64,000 nt of DNA from Squalus acanthias (lineage: Eukaryota), in contig CM059432.1 of NCBI GenBank assembly GCA_030390025.1, positions 14,634,001-14,698,000 of the forward strand. Direction: 5' to 3'. Below are positions 37,197 through 50,614 of this stretch, in pieces. A program made the position numbers and the translations under genes. A model generated the notes under the pieces. The model was not told where the DNA came from. It did no database searches and saw only the letters and a program-made list of their open reading frames with translations. Positions within the stretch are counted from its first letter, which is position 1, and each line of letters opens with the position of its first letter.

Positions 37197-37680
37197 GTGT
37201 CAGCCGTGGCTCAGTTGGTAGCACTCTCGCTTCTGAGTCAGAAGGTTGGGGGTTCAATCCCTGCTCCAGAGACTTGAGCACAGAATCTAGACCGATACTC
37301 CAGTGCAAGTACTGAGGGAGTGCTGCACTGTCGGAGGTGCCGTCTTTCAGATGAGACGTTAAACTAAGGCCCCCTCTGCCCTCTCAGGTGGACGGAAAAG
37401 ATGTCCACTACGGGCGTTTAATGGCACTATTTTGAAGAAGTGCAGGATAGTTCTCCCCGGTGTCCTGGACAATGTTTATCCCTCAACCAAAATCACTAAA
37501 ACAAATTATCTGGTCATTATCACATTGCTGTTTGTGGGAGCTTGCTGTGCGCAAATTAACTGCTGCGTTTCCTACATTACAACAGCGACGAGACTTCGTT
37601 TTGCTTTATTGGCTGTAAAGCGCTTTGGGACGTGCTGAGGTTGTGAAAGGTGCTATATAAATCCAAATCTTTCCTTCTTT
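37197..37680 (+). mobile_element. Full-length DeuSINE
   Basis: A box TGGCTCAGTTGG, B box GGTTCAATCCC, Deu-like core, ggtgctatataaat tail. Confidence 0.85.
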
Positions 37681-37919
37681 CAATCCCATCAGCCACCTAT
37701 GGGAAGGACTTTCCCAGGCCATGGGCATGAGGAAAAAATGTCAAGAAAGTAAGGGGGACATTTTTAAAAAGCACTGATTAAAACACTGGCTCCATGAACA
37801 TTTATTGTACATTCAGATCACATCACTCAGTGGGATTGGCTGAGAAGCAGGCACCAGTGAGTAAACACGGTCGTTATAATTTGTGTCTACTAAATGAATG
37901 GTGTAGAAATAGCTACGGA

Positions 37920-38428
37920 TGAAGTTGAAGGAGTCCTGGGTGTCTAAGTAGACTCAACGCTAAATATGTTCAACCAACGAAGAGCTGCAATCAACAAAGC
38001 CAACAGAATGGTGAAAAAGCAGAATACAGGATGACGTAAAGTACGCACCAAGCTGTACAAAGCTCTGGTCACCCTCTATCCTCGAGTCCTGTGTCCAGTT
38101 CTGGCTTCCAAGAAACAAGGGAGATATTCAAGCTTGGAGGCAGTGCAGAAAAGAGGCGCCAGGCTGACTCCTCGTGTCAGGGGGTCAAGTTATGAGGAAA
38201 GACCCGAGAGACTTGAGCTTTCCAACAATCAAGGGAATGAAATTAGGCATGCCCTATAATCAATGGGTGCCAGGTTACTGCCCAGACGGCAAAGTTAAAC
38301 ATTTCCTCCAAGCTGTCAGCAATGTGCTGTTATAGAGATTATATAAGATAATAAATGGTATAGAAGGTTTCATCTGGAATGCAACTTTAAATTAAACAAT
38401 AGGAGTGGGACAAGAAGACATATTAACA
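37920..38428 (+). mobile_element. Old CR1 fragment
   Basis: Diverged aaagccaacagaatg / ctgtgtccagttctgg / gcagtgcagaaaag motifs. Confidence 0.6.
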
Positions 38429-39086
38429 GGGGTGGATTACAGAGGCAGCGTTTCGAACAGGAACCCCGCATGCTGTGGAGTTTTAACTCCACAGTGTGTG
38501 TCTTTTGTCCTTGACAGGTTCCCTGTCCGGAAGTCAGCCTGATTGACAGACTTGGCTTCCAGTTGAGCGGGCAGGACTCCAGAGCAGCCCGGAGGACCAG
38601 GTAGGTCCAATCCACGACCCCGGCGCGGGTGTCCGTTCCGGGGCTGTGGGGGATTCTCGACCCTGGAGGGGGTGTCCGATCTCGGGGTTGGTCCGATCCC
38701 TGATCCCAGGGGTCTTTGTATGGGAGGAGGAGCTTGGGGCACTGGGAGGAAGCACTCCTGCTCCTCCTGGCCCACAAGCAGTGCTGTAAAGACACTTACC
38801 TTCTCCTCAAAGCTGTCCTCGCCTCCCTTCAGCTGTTTGGTTTCCCGAGGCCTGGGAAACCTGGCAGGTCACAGTTAAACCTGTAAAACAGGTTGTATGA
38901 GAGGCTGCCAGCCTCATTAAATATTTAAATTGCCAACTTGCCTGCTGGGAGCGGGTTGGCTGCCCATCCCTTATTCTGCCTCTGTTAAACCCGGAAGTGG
39001 GCGGGTTGGGGTCGGGTTTGAGATTTAAAATTTTTTAACCTCTGACCCGAACCCAACCACCCATGTTTGGGTGCTAAAATCAGTCC
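38429..39086. mobile_element. Harbinger-type MITE (family C)
   Basis: Ends GGGGTGGATT / AAAATCAGTCC, flanks ACA/ATA, GC-rich interior. Confidence 0.55.
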
Positions 39087-39099
39087 ATAGGTTTAAACT

Positions 39100-39810
39100 A
39101 CAGCATTACCATCGTCAAATCCCCCACCATCAATATCCTGGGGGTCACAATTGACCAGAAACTTAACTGGACCAGCCACATAAATACTGTGGCAACAAGA
39201 GCAGGTCAGAGGCTGGATATTCTGCGGCGAGTGTCTCACCTCCTGACTCCCCAAATCTTTTCCACCATCTACAAGGCACAAGTAAGGAGTGTGATGGAAT
39301 ACTCTCCACTTGCCTGGTGAGTGCAGCTCCAACAACACTCAAGAAGCTCGACGCCATCCAGGATAAAGCAGCCCGCTTGATTGGCACTCCATCCACCACC
39401 TTAAACATTCCCTCCCTCCACCACCGTGTACCGTGGCTGCAGTGTGTACCATCTATAAGATGGACTGCAGCAACTCGCCAAGGCTTCTTCGGCAGCACCT
39501 CCCAAACCCGCGACCTCTACCACCTAGAAGGACAAGGGCAGCAGGTGCAATGGGAACACCACCACCTGCAAGTTCCCCTCCAAGTTACACACCATCCTGA
39601 CTTGGAAGTATATCGCCGATCCTTCATCGTCGCTGGGTCAAAATCCTGGAACTCCCTACCTAACAGCACTGTGGGAGTACCTTCACCACACGGACTGCAG
39701 CAGTTCAAGAAGGCGACTCACCACCACCTTCTCAAGGGCAACTAGGGATGGGCAATAACTGCTGGCCTTGCCAGCGACGCCCACATCCCATAAACGAATA
39801 TTAAAAAAAT
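39100..39810 (+). mobile_element. 3' end of a second CR1-group LINE family
   Basis: ILGVTIDQKLNWTSHI, IYKAQVRSVMEYS, LDAIQDKAARLI, WNSLPN; A-rich tail. Confidence 0.8.
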
Positions 39811-40399
39811 ATGCAATTTAACCTCCACTCTGCCACAATGTCAAGGATTCCACTCCCACTCTTATCAAGTTCATCTTGATATTCTCTGAAAAGACTTCAT
39901 ACAATTCAATCCAGTCGGTGGGTTAATGTTGTATTTTATACTTTCAAAGTTGCTGGTACAACAACAGCAGTGAAAGTGGCTGGAATATTCTGGAAAGCTA
40001 TTCCGGCTCCTGACCATCGCCACGCAAGTGGTCTCCGCTGGTGCCAGGCTCTCTGTGTAATTGTCAGTCAGCTGTTCAAGAAAATGGACATCAAATATAG
40101 CCGACTACTGGAGGCAAACCCATGGATGAAGAGTTGGAGGTCAACAGGAAATGGGATTCTGGGATTTGGAGCAGTCTCAGTGATTTCAGAAAAGTAATAA
40201 ATAAAACAGATTATACGAGAAAGGGAAAGTAAGAGTAAGAGTAGAAGCAGGATAAAGCTCCTGCTACACTGGTCCAAGTTGTACTGTAACCCAGCCTCAG
40301 AAAGATCAACTTCTTCAATGTGACAGGTCCCTTTCCTACATGATGTGTTGCTTGAGTGAGGCTGATTATGTCGTGCTAAATTGTGACAAATTTATGAGC

Positions 40400-41370
40400 A
40401 TAAGAACATAAGAAATATGGGCAGGAGTAGGCTATTCGGCCCCTCGAGCCTGCATTCAATAAGATCATGGCTGATCTTCTACCTCATCTCCACTTTCCTG
40501 CACTATCCCCATATCCCTTGATTCCCTTAATATTCAAAAATCTATCGATCCCTGTCTTGAATATACTCAACGACTGAGCCTCCACAGCCCTCTGGGGTAG
40601 AGAATTCCAAAGATTCACCACCCTCTGAGTGAAGAAATTTCTCCTCATCTCAGTCCTAAATGGCCGACCCCTTATCCTGCGACTGTGACCTCCTGGTTCT
40701 AGACTCCCCAGCCAGGGGAAACATCCTCCCTGCATCTACCCTGTCAAACTCTCTATGGTAAGTACATCCTTCTTTAGGTAAGGAGACCAAAACTGTACAC
40801 AATATTCCAGGTGTGGTCTCACCAGCAAGAACAACAACAACAACAACTTGTATTTATATAGCGCCTTTAACGTAGTAAAATGTCCCAAGGCGCTGTACAG
40901 GAGTATTTTAAGACAAAAAAATTGACACCGATCTACATAAGGATAAATTAGGGCAGGTGACCAAAAGCTTGGTCAAAGAGGTTGGTTTTAAGGAGCATCT
41001 TAAAGGAGGAAAGAGAGGTAGCGAGGAGGACAGGTTTCAGCAGGGAATTCCAGAGCTTAGGGCCTAGGCAACAGAAGGCACGGTCACCAAAGGTTGAACG
41101 ATTATAATCAGGGATCCTCAAGGGGGCAGAATTAGAGGAGCGCAGATATCGTGGAGGGGTCGAGAAAACAAGTAGTGAGGTAGAGCTGGGTGTCATCAGT
41201 GTACATGTGGAAACTGACGCTGTGTTTTTGGATGATGTCGCCAAGGGGCAACATGTAGATGAGAAATAGGAGTGGGCCAAGGATCGATCCAGGGCCCTAT
41301 ATAATTGCAGTAAGACGTCTTTACTCTTGTAATAAAGGCCAACATACCATTTGCTTTCCTAATTGCTTGT
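40400..41370 (-). mobile_element. CR1 3' fragment with a nested L2 fragment (about 40826-41290)
   Basis: CR1 tail at 40400; L2 (AAC)n tail at about 40830; CR1 resumes at about 41292 (KANGMLAFITR). Confidence 0.8.
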
Positions 41371-42277
41371 GCTGATGACTCACTGCCACTAGGATTGAGG
41401 CAGCCCAATTAATTGCATGTAGTCAGCAGGGAGAGAGGAGACTTCCAGCACATCAGTCTAGGCTGGAGTCAAACCTAGGCCACAGAGGTGAACAGTAGGG
41501 ATCATTCTGTGCTCCTGCACTTCCAGTGGTAAAACTGTGCTTGCAAGGAGCACGGGTGGGAAATGAGTTTCCCCAATTCTCGGACTCACAATCCCTTGTG
41601 AGCGTGGTTCCCAGCTGGAAGTGGGGAATCATGGAATCAGCCCTTGTATCCAAACCTATAATGCTATCCATGTCCTCAAAGCTCATTAATTTTAACTCTT
41701 ATACAAACTCAAAGGACTTTTCCCCAGTAGCTTATGGTGCAAGCCTATCACACTTTGTGTGGAGTAATTTGATCTGCCTTCTCTTCTTAGTGGTAGCTTT
41801 CCTGCCTGTGAGTCAGAAAGTCTGAGCCCCACTCCAGACAGTCCCAACAACTGGAGACCAGAGCTCTGGCTCTGAATTCTGGGTTGACATCCAACGGGTA
41901 ACTTGAGTCTGGTGGATGCAATGTTCGCCCCCTCATATGGGAGCCCATAAAAACCTCCTGCCGTACAGGTCTAACCACTCTATCAGCTGGTATAAGGATG
42001 GTTATGGCCATGGATGGAGCGTCCCCATGTTAAGACTATTAATCAGCCTGTGAATCCTTTCACTTCGAGGGTAACGATATAACAACAACCATAGTAAACA
42101 ATTAGCCCAGATCAGCTTCATCAATCCCTCTTTGTACCCCACTCATACATCCACCTTTACCATAACATCAAAATCAGGTGCACAAAACGGGATCCCATTT
42201 GTTTGATACAATTTTCATAATTTAATCAAAATATAAATAAAATGAAAGTCATAACAGAGAACAGAGAGTGCACTTAC

Positions 42278-42441
42278 AGACAGTGTACAACAGTGCGGCC
42301 CTCTCCACCGTCATACTCCTCCTGCCACTTCTCCACCTGTCTGATGAGTTTCAGGAAGGAACGTTTCGATATGGGATTGTCTCGGTACATGGGCCAGCCC
42401 AGAAACTGGAACTGCTGGACCATCCGATAGCCATCCTGAGG
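42278..42441 (-). CDS. PTPRM: PTPRM coding exon (D2)
   Basis: 164 bp, acgcag|CCT ... GTCT|gtaag; [54 protein letters not shown]. Confidence 0.96.
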
Positions 42442-42743
42442 CTGCGTGGGCACATGCCCATCCGAAGATAGGAAGACATAAAGGGAAATAAATGTCACTA
42501 AATAACCTTGCTAAGAATGCTCAACCTTACTGTCCCCTCTGCAGTTTTCATCCATTTAGTCAACCGGCTCCCTCCCATTGTTTAATGGGGGAACTTCAAA
42601 AAAGTGCCTTTCCCAGCATGCCTTGGAAACCAATCAAATTTGTGAACAACTACAATTTTTTTTAAGCAAATCTTCTAAAGCAAGGGTTCAACAACAGAGT
42701 CCTTTACTTTCCACAGCTCTGAATCATGGGTCAGTTAGAAACA

Positions 42744-42980
42744 TCAACAACAACAACAACTTTAAAGTAGTAAAACGTCGTAAGACGCTTCACAGGAGCG
42801 TCATAAAACAAAATTTGACACCGAGCCACATAAGGTGATATTTGGGCAGATGGCCAAAAGCTTGGTCAAAGAGGTAGGTTTTTAAGGAGCGTCTTAAAGG
42901 AGGAAAGAGAGGTAGAGAGGTGGAGAGGTTTAGGCAGGGAATTCCAGAGCTTAGGGATTTGGCAGCTGAAGGCACGGCCA
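42744..42980 (-). mobile_element. L2 3' end
   Basis: (AAC)n tail plus aaagcttggtcaaagaggtagg...gaattccagagcttagg. Confidence 0.8.
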
Positions 42981-44137
42981 CTCATGTTCTCCCCATATTA
43001 TATGGTCGAGTTTCACATCGAAGAGGAGATTTTGATGGGGAGTGGGACCGGTGGGGGAGAGCCGAGGTGGGAGGCATCCTTGGAGCAAGGCCTGGCTGCT
43101 TGTAACAACCGGGCCTAATAATATGACTGACAGGCTGGCAGACCAATCACGCCGGCAGCAATCAATGATCTTTCATCATAATTTTGAAAACTTAGTCAAA
43201 CTTTCCCAAAGTGATCAAGCCTAACTTTCCTGATAATATAAACTTCTGATTCCCAGAATCTTCCTGTTCTCCCCACCAGCACCCTGCCCCCAGAACTGCT
43301 GCTGGCGCTCCAGTATATCTTGTTTTAAACTCCGTTCTATCCCTCTGCCAATTTAATGCAGCATTTAATTTACCCTTTTTTTTTCACTGCAGCCAATCAC
43401 TAGGCTGATGGATTTACAAGTTGATAATCATGAAGTTGCTCTTTCACTTAAAAATATTGTTAAAATGCGCCAGTTAAATGCCATTGAATAAATAATGTTC
43501 AAACTAAAATTAAAGGGGGGGGGGGGAAGAGAGCGATGTGGGTTAGATCCACCTGTTCAACCCTTAACACATCAATGATGGTGAAGAGGTTAAAAATATA
43601 TCCTGCACTACTCTAATTTGGATTCTTCCTTTATTAAACTGTCACCGCGCCATCTACAACAGCAGAACATTTCTTCACTGTTACGCCCTGCCTAAATTTA
43701 TGCTCAGTCTAAACATTTTAATAAATAAGTGTTAACATAAATGTATTCAATGTCGATAACAATCCTGTGGCAAAATGTTAGCACTACACGAAAAACATTT
43801 TTAACCTTTTTAATGGAATTTTTAATACATCCTTCAATTTATAGCTACCGATTAAAATATGATTACTTTTTAAAATTGGATAATTTTCAGTATTTAAGTG
43901 CTATTCAGTAATGCTGTTAAGATGTGTGGATTCACAGGACTGAATGCGATGTCAAGATTGCCATTCTTTTTCACATTAATACATAGAGATCCGGCGTAAT
44001 GTCCTTTACGAGCCACCGTCAAGTGCTTGTGAGGAAACAAAAGCCCCATATTTAGATATGGTGAGTTGACTTTGAAAGGGCTTGTGAGGATTTTAATAGA
44101 TTGATTGCCGTCAGTGTGGCACAAAACAGGTCCTTAC

Positions 44138-44263
44138 CCTGGCTGCATTGTAAATTCGGAATATTCTGCTGATAATGTCTTCCTCAAGGTCAGCTGATAC
44201 AAACTCCACCTGGAGGGGCCCGTGCCGATGGACACCATTTTCTGGCCAGTACTGGGGGCACAG
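44138..44263 (-). CDS. PTPRM: PTPRM coding exon (D2)
   Basis: 126 bp, aactag|CTG ... AGG|gtaag; [42 protein letters not shown]; not in the ORF track. Confidence 0.95.
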
Positions 44264-44530
44264 CTAGTTTGAGAAAAGATAACAGACATTTATATCCACT
44301 GAACACTTACTACTATGAGGCATTTGTATGGAAAAACTTGCATTTGTATCATGCCCGATCACTGCTCCCAGGAACATCTCAACGTGCTTCACATACAATG
44401 AATTGCTTTGAAATGTAGTTTACCTGTGGTTATGTAGGCAAGTGCAGCAATTGCTTTACACACAAGATCCAACAAATAATTACAAGCTGAATGGCCATTA
44501 AACTGTTTTTTGTGGTGGCCGTTGAGGGAG

Positions 44531-44976
44531 GTATGAGGAGAGATTGAGTAGCCTAGGCCTATATTCTCTGGAGTTTAGAAGAATGAGGGGTGATCTCATT
44601 GAAACATACAAAATTCTTACAGGGCTTGACAGGGCAGATGCAGGGAGGATGTTTCCCCCGGCTGGGGAGTCTAGAACCAAGGGTCACAGTCTCAGAATAA
44701 GGGTCAGCCATTTAGGACTGAGATGAGGAGAAATTTCTTCACTCAGAGGGTGGTGAATCTTTGGAATTCTCTACCCCAGAGGGCTGTGGAGGCTCAGTCG
44801 TCAAGTATATTCAAGACAGATATCGATAGATTTTTGAATATTAAGGGAATTAAGGGATATGGGGATAGTGCAGGAAAGTGGAGATGAGGTAGAAGATCAG
44901 CCATGATCTTATTGAATGGCGGAGCAGGTTCGAGGGGCCGAATGGCCAACTCCTGCTCTTATTTCTTATGTTCTTA
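44531..44976 (+). mobile_element. CR1 3' fragment
   Basis: LGLYSLEFRRMRGDLIETYKIL; TTCTTATG tail. Confidence 0.9.
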
Positions 44977-45229
44977 CATTTATGTATGTTGGACACAACA
45001 TCGGGAGATGTCCCTGCTTTTCTTTAAGTAGTGCCATGGAGACCTGAACCTCAGTTTAACACATTCAAAGGATGATATCACTGATAATGCAGCACTGACC
45101 TTGGCACAAAGCTTGGGGTGAGGTGGGGTGTGTGAATAAGCTGAATATAATAATTGAGTTACTGATAGTACAATGAATATTATGCTGTACTAAACATTCC
45201 TGCTTTGGTCCCTATGCCGCACCTGTCCT

Positions 45230-45445
45230 ATGTCCTGGCCAATAGTTATCTCTCAATCAACAATGACAAAAACAGATTATCTGGTCATTATCTCTTTGTG
45301 GGAGCTTGCTGTGTGCAAATTGGCTGCCGCGTTTCCCACATTACAACAGTGACTACACTCAAAAGTGCTTCATTTCTGTAAAGCGCTTTGAGGCATCCAG
45401 TGGTCGTGAAAGGCGCTATATAAATGCAAGTCTTTCTTTTTTCTT
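45230..45445 (+). mobile_element. DeuSINE 3' half
   Basis: tgtcctggccaat...cagattatctggtcatta...ggcgctatataaatgcaagt. Confidence 0.8.
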
Positions 45446-46580
45446 TTAAGCCTCTCCTTTACTGCTGCATTTGCATAACAGGGTTGCCACTGAAGGCTGC
45501 CCGAACTTTGACAGTAGTGTTCGAACATGAGTGAGCCAATGTTGGTGCCCGCCCCCGCCCCCGCCCCCCCCCCCCCCACCTAAAGAGGCAGCTGAGAGAA
45601 GCACAGCGTCACCAGAATTAAACGTAGCCAGCCACCTCTGGTGACAAGCTACCATTTACTGGGGTCATGGGCGTACTGACACTCACTCATATGTACAAAC
45701 CAGGAATGTTGTTCTTGCCTTGCTGGCTGGTGAGGACTTGCCCCTGACTTTAGCGAAGACCCCTGGGTGAAAGGCTAAAGTCATAAAAGTGACTGCACAC
45801 ATGCAAACTTAGACATTCACAGCTGTTTTTGTGTTTCTGCCAGTGCTCTATACTCCAGTGTGAATGACACAGATTCCAGAGCATTGGAATCCCCAGTGTA
45901 TTGCTTCCATTAGAAGTGGTTCAGCAATATGAACTAGCCATATGTTGCGCGAGTGGATATTTCCTCCTTCACACACACAGTCTTCCCAGAGCTGCCGAAT
46001 TAAGGGTCGTTTGTAATGTGTACTTAATTAGCTAGCCCCCATTGTGCAGTGGACTCGCACTCTTTCTAGTTAAAATCCCCGACAGCTGCTGCACTTAGAC
46101 AGGAGTACTTTGTCCCATCTGTCTGGAACTAATTCAAAGCTCAGTCCCTGAAATAAGAGGCCAGTATTCCAACACACTGAACTCCCATTGCAAAGATGTG
46201 GCCTAATGATAACGACGGGGAAAAAAGACAATGGTTAGCTGTGACCTTAGCTGTTGGTAGGAGGAAAATTGTTGTCATTCGTTCACAGTTCTGGTTCCAA
46301 CCTGATTAATGTCCTGAGGTCATGAACCGTTTTACTCCATCGCATTCCCAGTCGAACACTTCCTCACAAATCCACTAGAGTTCAGTAGTACTATTTCTAG
46401 AGCTGGAATTTCAGTAACATCAGGCACGGCATAAATAATGTCACTAATGGTCACAAAGTGCGACAGTGGAGGTGGGTTGGAAATATTATGCTTCATGCTT
46501 GGCGCCAACCCAAAATGGCTGATAACCTGAGCCTGCCCAAAGATTTGTAACTCGGCAGAACGATGACTTTTAGAGTTAAT

Positions 46581-47346
46581 GGCCCAAAAATTTGGCCCTT
46601 CCCACATGAGTACACACTGTGTACTCACCCGTATTGATTCCCGAAGTGCCGGTTTCCTGCATGCACTGCGCATGCGCGGGAAACCGGAACTTCCGGTATG
46701 GTGAAGGGGGCGGTTCTTAGGTGAACCGCGTGCGCGGTAGAGGCTGCGCGCACGCAGCACACTTAGATTTTTTTTTCAGGTTTCAACGCGAGGGTAAGTA
46801 TTGAAGATACTACGCTAATAAAAAGGAGGCGTAAGACCCCTTTTGAACAAGGTAAGTGGTTAATTAAGTATAATTTTAAATTTTTTTCAACAGGTTTATC
46901 TTTTTTAGATACTTTAAAGAAAGGTAAGTTTATTTTTATAACTTTTCAAAAGTATTTTAATTTTTTCAAAAATTAAAATTTTTGTTTAAAGTGGTTAATT
47001 TATTTAACTATAGTTATTTTATAAATGTGATGGTTTTTAAAAAAAAATTATTTTAAGTTTAGCTGTTCTTTTGGGGCCGATTTCAATTCACAGATTTGAC
47101 AGGTCTCCTGTCAAATCTATGAATGAAAGATGGTCTGCTGCCATTGGCTCTCCATGGCCCACGTGATCCCAGGGGTCGCATCGCACTAACTGCGCCCCTG
47201 GAACACGCAAGCACTGCGCGCCGGCTCTTGGGAGAGGCCCAGGACCCGAAGTTCCCGTGGGCCCAAAACACAACGGCAGGCGCGGTGGGTAAGAGCGCGC
47301 GCGATCCTTACCCCCGCAGCAAGCCGGCCACGCGAATTTCTGGGCC
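46581..47346. mobile_element. Harbinger-type MITE (family A), opposite orientation to 1788-2491
   Basis: TIRs GGCCCAAAAATT / AATTTCTGGGCC, TSD AAT; shares cccctgggatcacgtggg and an AT-rich core. Confidence 0.75.
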
Positions 47347-49424
47347 AATATTGTGTTTATTAGCAACAGGTCCAGTCATCATGTTCAAAAGAGTTCAAAG
47401 CGTAGTTTTGCAGATGAATAAGTTAATGGTCCAAAAAATCATTTGTTCTACTTCATTTTTAGGCGAGCTTAAGTAAGTAAGTACAGTCTATACAGAGTGA
47501 TAAAGAGGAAATTTATGGACGGCTCATGAATCAACATTTAAAATCATCTTTATATTACAGTGCAAAATCTGGCCTCTTTTAGATCATTTCAGTTAGCTCT
47601 GCAACTAATTGAGGAACACGTAGTATTTTCCTTGATGTTTACTGCCTGTTGAAATCTGTTCTTTTATCTGTCCCTCACATTTCTCCAGCAGTTAGCTTCC
47701 CAGTAATAGATCAGTCAAATCGCCATTCACGGCGCTCCCTGGGGGATTCTTTCAATCTCCTGCCGTAATGTTGGCGGAAGATGAGTGGCGACCCTGAAGT
47801 AACGGATTGGAACAACTCCTGAAGAAACGTTACCCCAACGTTTTTAATGCAAGGTCAAGGTGTCTTTGCGGGGGAGGTCGGTCAGAATTTCTGATATGTG
47901 CTTCTGGCAAGCGGAGCTTTGTGTCAGGAGAGCAGGTTACCCCTGTATTGCGAGAATTCTTTCCCCACGACAGTAAGAGCTTCCAGAAGGGCACTGCAGT
48001 GCACACAACAGAATGTTCAAAGTCATAATAATCACAGGCACATATATTAGGCCAGCATCTTATTGACCCGCATGCCAAACCTAATGATATTTATAAATCA
48101 ACTGAAGCAAAGAAGAGGGACGTTGGAAAAAAAAAATGAAGAATTCAATGACTTTGAGTAGAAACAAGGATACAAGGTTAATTATTTTTAATCCCTCCAT
48201 AAATAACAAAGAGAGAACAGAATAATAAATATTCTGAGGAAAAAGCAACAACCTGAAACGTTAACTCTGTTTCTCTCTCCACAGAGGCTGCCTGCCCTGC
48301 TGAGTATTTCCAGCATTTTTTTGTTTTTATGATAAATATACTGTTCAGCAGCCAACGACTGTTGTGCAATAGCAGTTCTCAATCACAATAGTAGCTTCAC
48401 ACTAGACAAAGTATTGATTACATCATGGAGAAAAATACAAACCCCCAAACTCCTTTGTTTGCTTCGCAGGGTCGGTGGGTTGATGGCCCGCTACTTTATA
48501 TTCAGTCAGGAAGGGAGAGCAAGGACTTGTTCATCTCTCTGAAAATCCAATTCTCAGACCTGACAACACCAGTCAGCAACCAACGAACAGAGTTCTTGTA
48601 AAATGGCTAAACTGTCAGTAAATCCGCCACTTCATTTTACCCGAGGCACTTTGTCTCGCCTATTCTGCTTATCCCCGCCTCCCACCTCACTCACCACCAT
48701 TCACTGCCATCAGCAGGCAGGCGGCATCATTAAGGAGCACAGCATGACGAGCTTTTAATGGAAAATCGAACTCTCCGAATTCCTGCGAGTTTAACCTGTT
48801 AAACTCGGGTGTAATTATGATATTTCTTGCTTTTAAAACCCTTACCCATTCAGACCTGACAATCTGAATGCCTGGACCTCATTTCAGTAACTGAATGCCC
48901 AGGCCAAAAGCATTTTCGATAAAAGGGTTTAAGCAAAGTGCCCTTAAGAAGGCCCATTATAGTTCTTCAGTTGCTGAGCTCAATTTTTTTTTAAATCTTA
49001 TTGACAACCTTGCAGAAGGCTATATAGTGATAACTTTCATTTCCTTTCAAGAAAGAAAATGTCAATAGGTGTTGGAAATTATTCCTTTTCTCCACTACTT
49101 TCCAGAAGAGTTTGGAGGAATTAAATATCCTTCCAAGGCCCTCTTTGGTTGCAGTGGTTGAGCGAGTTTATGGAGGACAGCTCTGTAGAGTGGGTATATT
49201 AGAAGAAAAATGAGGAGGCTCTACCGTAATGTCCACCCATCATTCCTGTGTGCCACACACCTCCATACTGCCAGCCTGGAAAGCTAACAAAAGCTGACCA
49301 TGAGCTTCAAGAAAGCTAACAACTCAAAAAGTCACCAAATATTGGCTTATGACATGTACTTCCACCAAATGTACAGTGGGGCACAGGCCTTTATAACTAA
49401 AGCTGGAGGTATAAGCAACATTCC

Positions 49425-50451
49425 ATTACTAGCAACCGACTCCATCCCTCTCTCTAGCATCAGTCTGAGGCTGAACCAGATGGTTTGCAACCTTGGTGTC
49501 ATATTTGACCCTGAAATGAGCTTCCGACCACATATCCGCATCTTAACTAAGACCGCCTATTTCCACCTCCTTAACATCGCTCGTCTCTGCTCCTGCTTCA
49601 GCTCACCTGCTACTGAAGCCCTCATCCATGCCTTTGTTACCTCTAGACTTGACTATTCTAACACACTCCTGGCTGGCCTCCCATGTTCTTCCCTACATAA
49701 ACTTGAGGCCATCCAAAACTCGGCTGCCCGTGTCCTAACTCGCACCAAGACCCGTTCACCCATCACCCCTGTGCGCACAGACCTACATTGGCATCTGATT
49801 AAGCAATGGCTTGATTTAAAAATTCTCATCCTTGTTTTCAAATCCCGCCATGACCTCGCCCCACCCTATCTCTGTAGTCTCCTCCAGCCCCACAACCCCC
49901 CGAGATATCTGTGCTCCTCAAATTCTGGCCTCTTGAGCAGCCATGATTTGAATCGCTCAACCATTGGTGGCCGTGCCTTCAGCTGCTTAGATCCTAAGCT
50001 CTCGAATTCCGTCCCTAAACCTCTCTACCTCTCTTTCCTCCTTTAAGACGCTCCTTAATAGAGTCATAGATAGAGTTATACAGCACAGAAAGAGGCCTTC
50101 GGCCCATCGTGTCCACGCCGGCCATCAAGCCCTATCTATTCTAATCCCATTTTCCAGCACTTGGTCCGTAGCCTTGTATGCTATGGCGTTTCAAGTGCTC
50201 ATCTAAATGCTTCTTGAATGTTGTGAGGGTTCCTGCCTCTACCACCCTTTCAGGCAGTGAGTTCCAGATTCCAACCACCCTCTGGGTGAAAAAGTTTTCC
50301 CTCAAATCTCCTCGAAAGCTTTTGGTCATCTGCCCTAATTTCTCCTTATGTGGTTTGGTGTCAAATTTTTTGTCTTATAACACTCCTGTGAAGCGCGTTG
50401 GGATGTTTTACTATGCTAAAGGCGCTATATAAATACAAGTTGTTGTTGTTA
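49425..50451 (+). mobile_element. L2 3' fragment with a nested CR1 tail (50058-50314, minus)
   Basis: NLGVIFDPEMSF, LIHAFVTSRLDYSN, DLHWHL; (TTG)n tail at 50440; nested piece near-identical to the end of the CR1 at 3269. Confidence 0.88.
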
Positions 50452-50614
50452 CTAGTATAATGGAAAATTGGGGCAGGAATTTCCCCTAATTTCTTGCAGA
50501 ATAGCTTCAGATTATTATGGATATGTATCGGTATTCTCTGTTGCTAAATTGTTTAATTTCTTTATACCGTTATCAATGACAAGGATGTACACTTTGCACC
50601 CCACTTCATTAGGA

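Noticed and set aside
48791..48931. Possible piggyBac MITE (TTAA...TTAA)
   Set aside because: Terminal inverted repeats too weak to support
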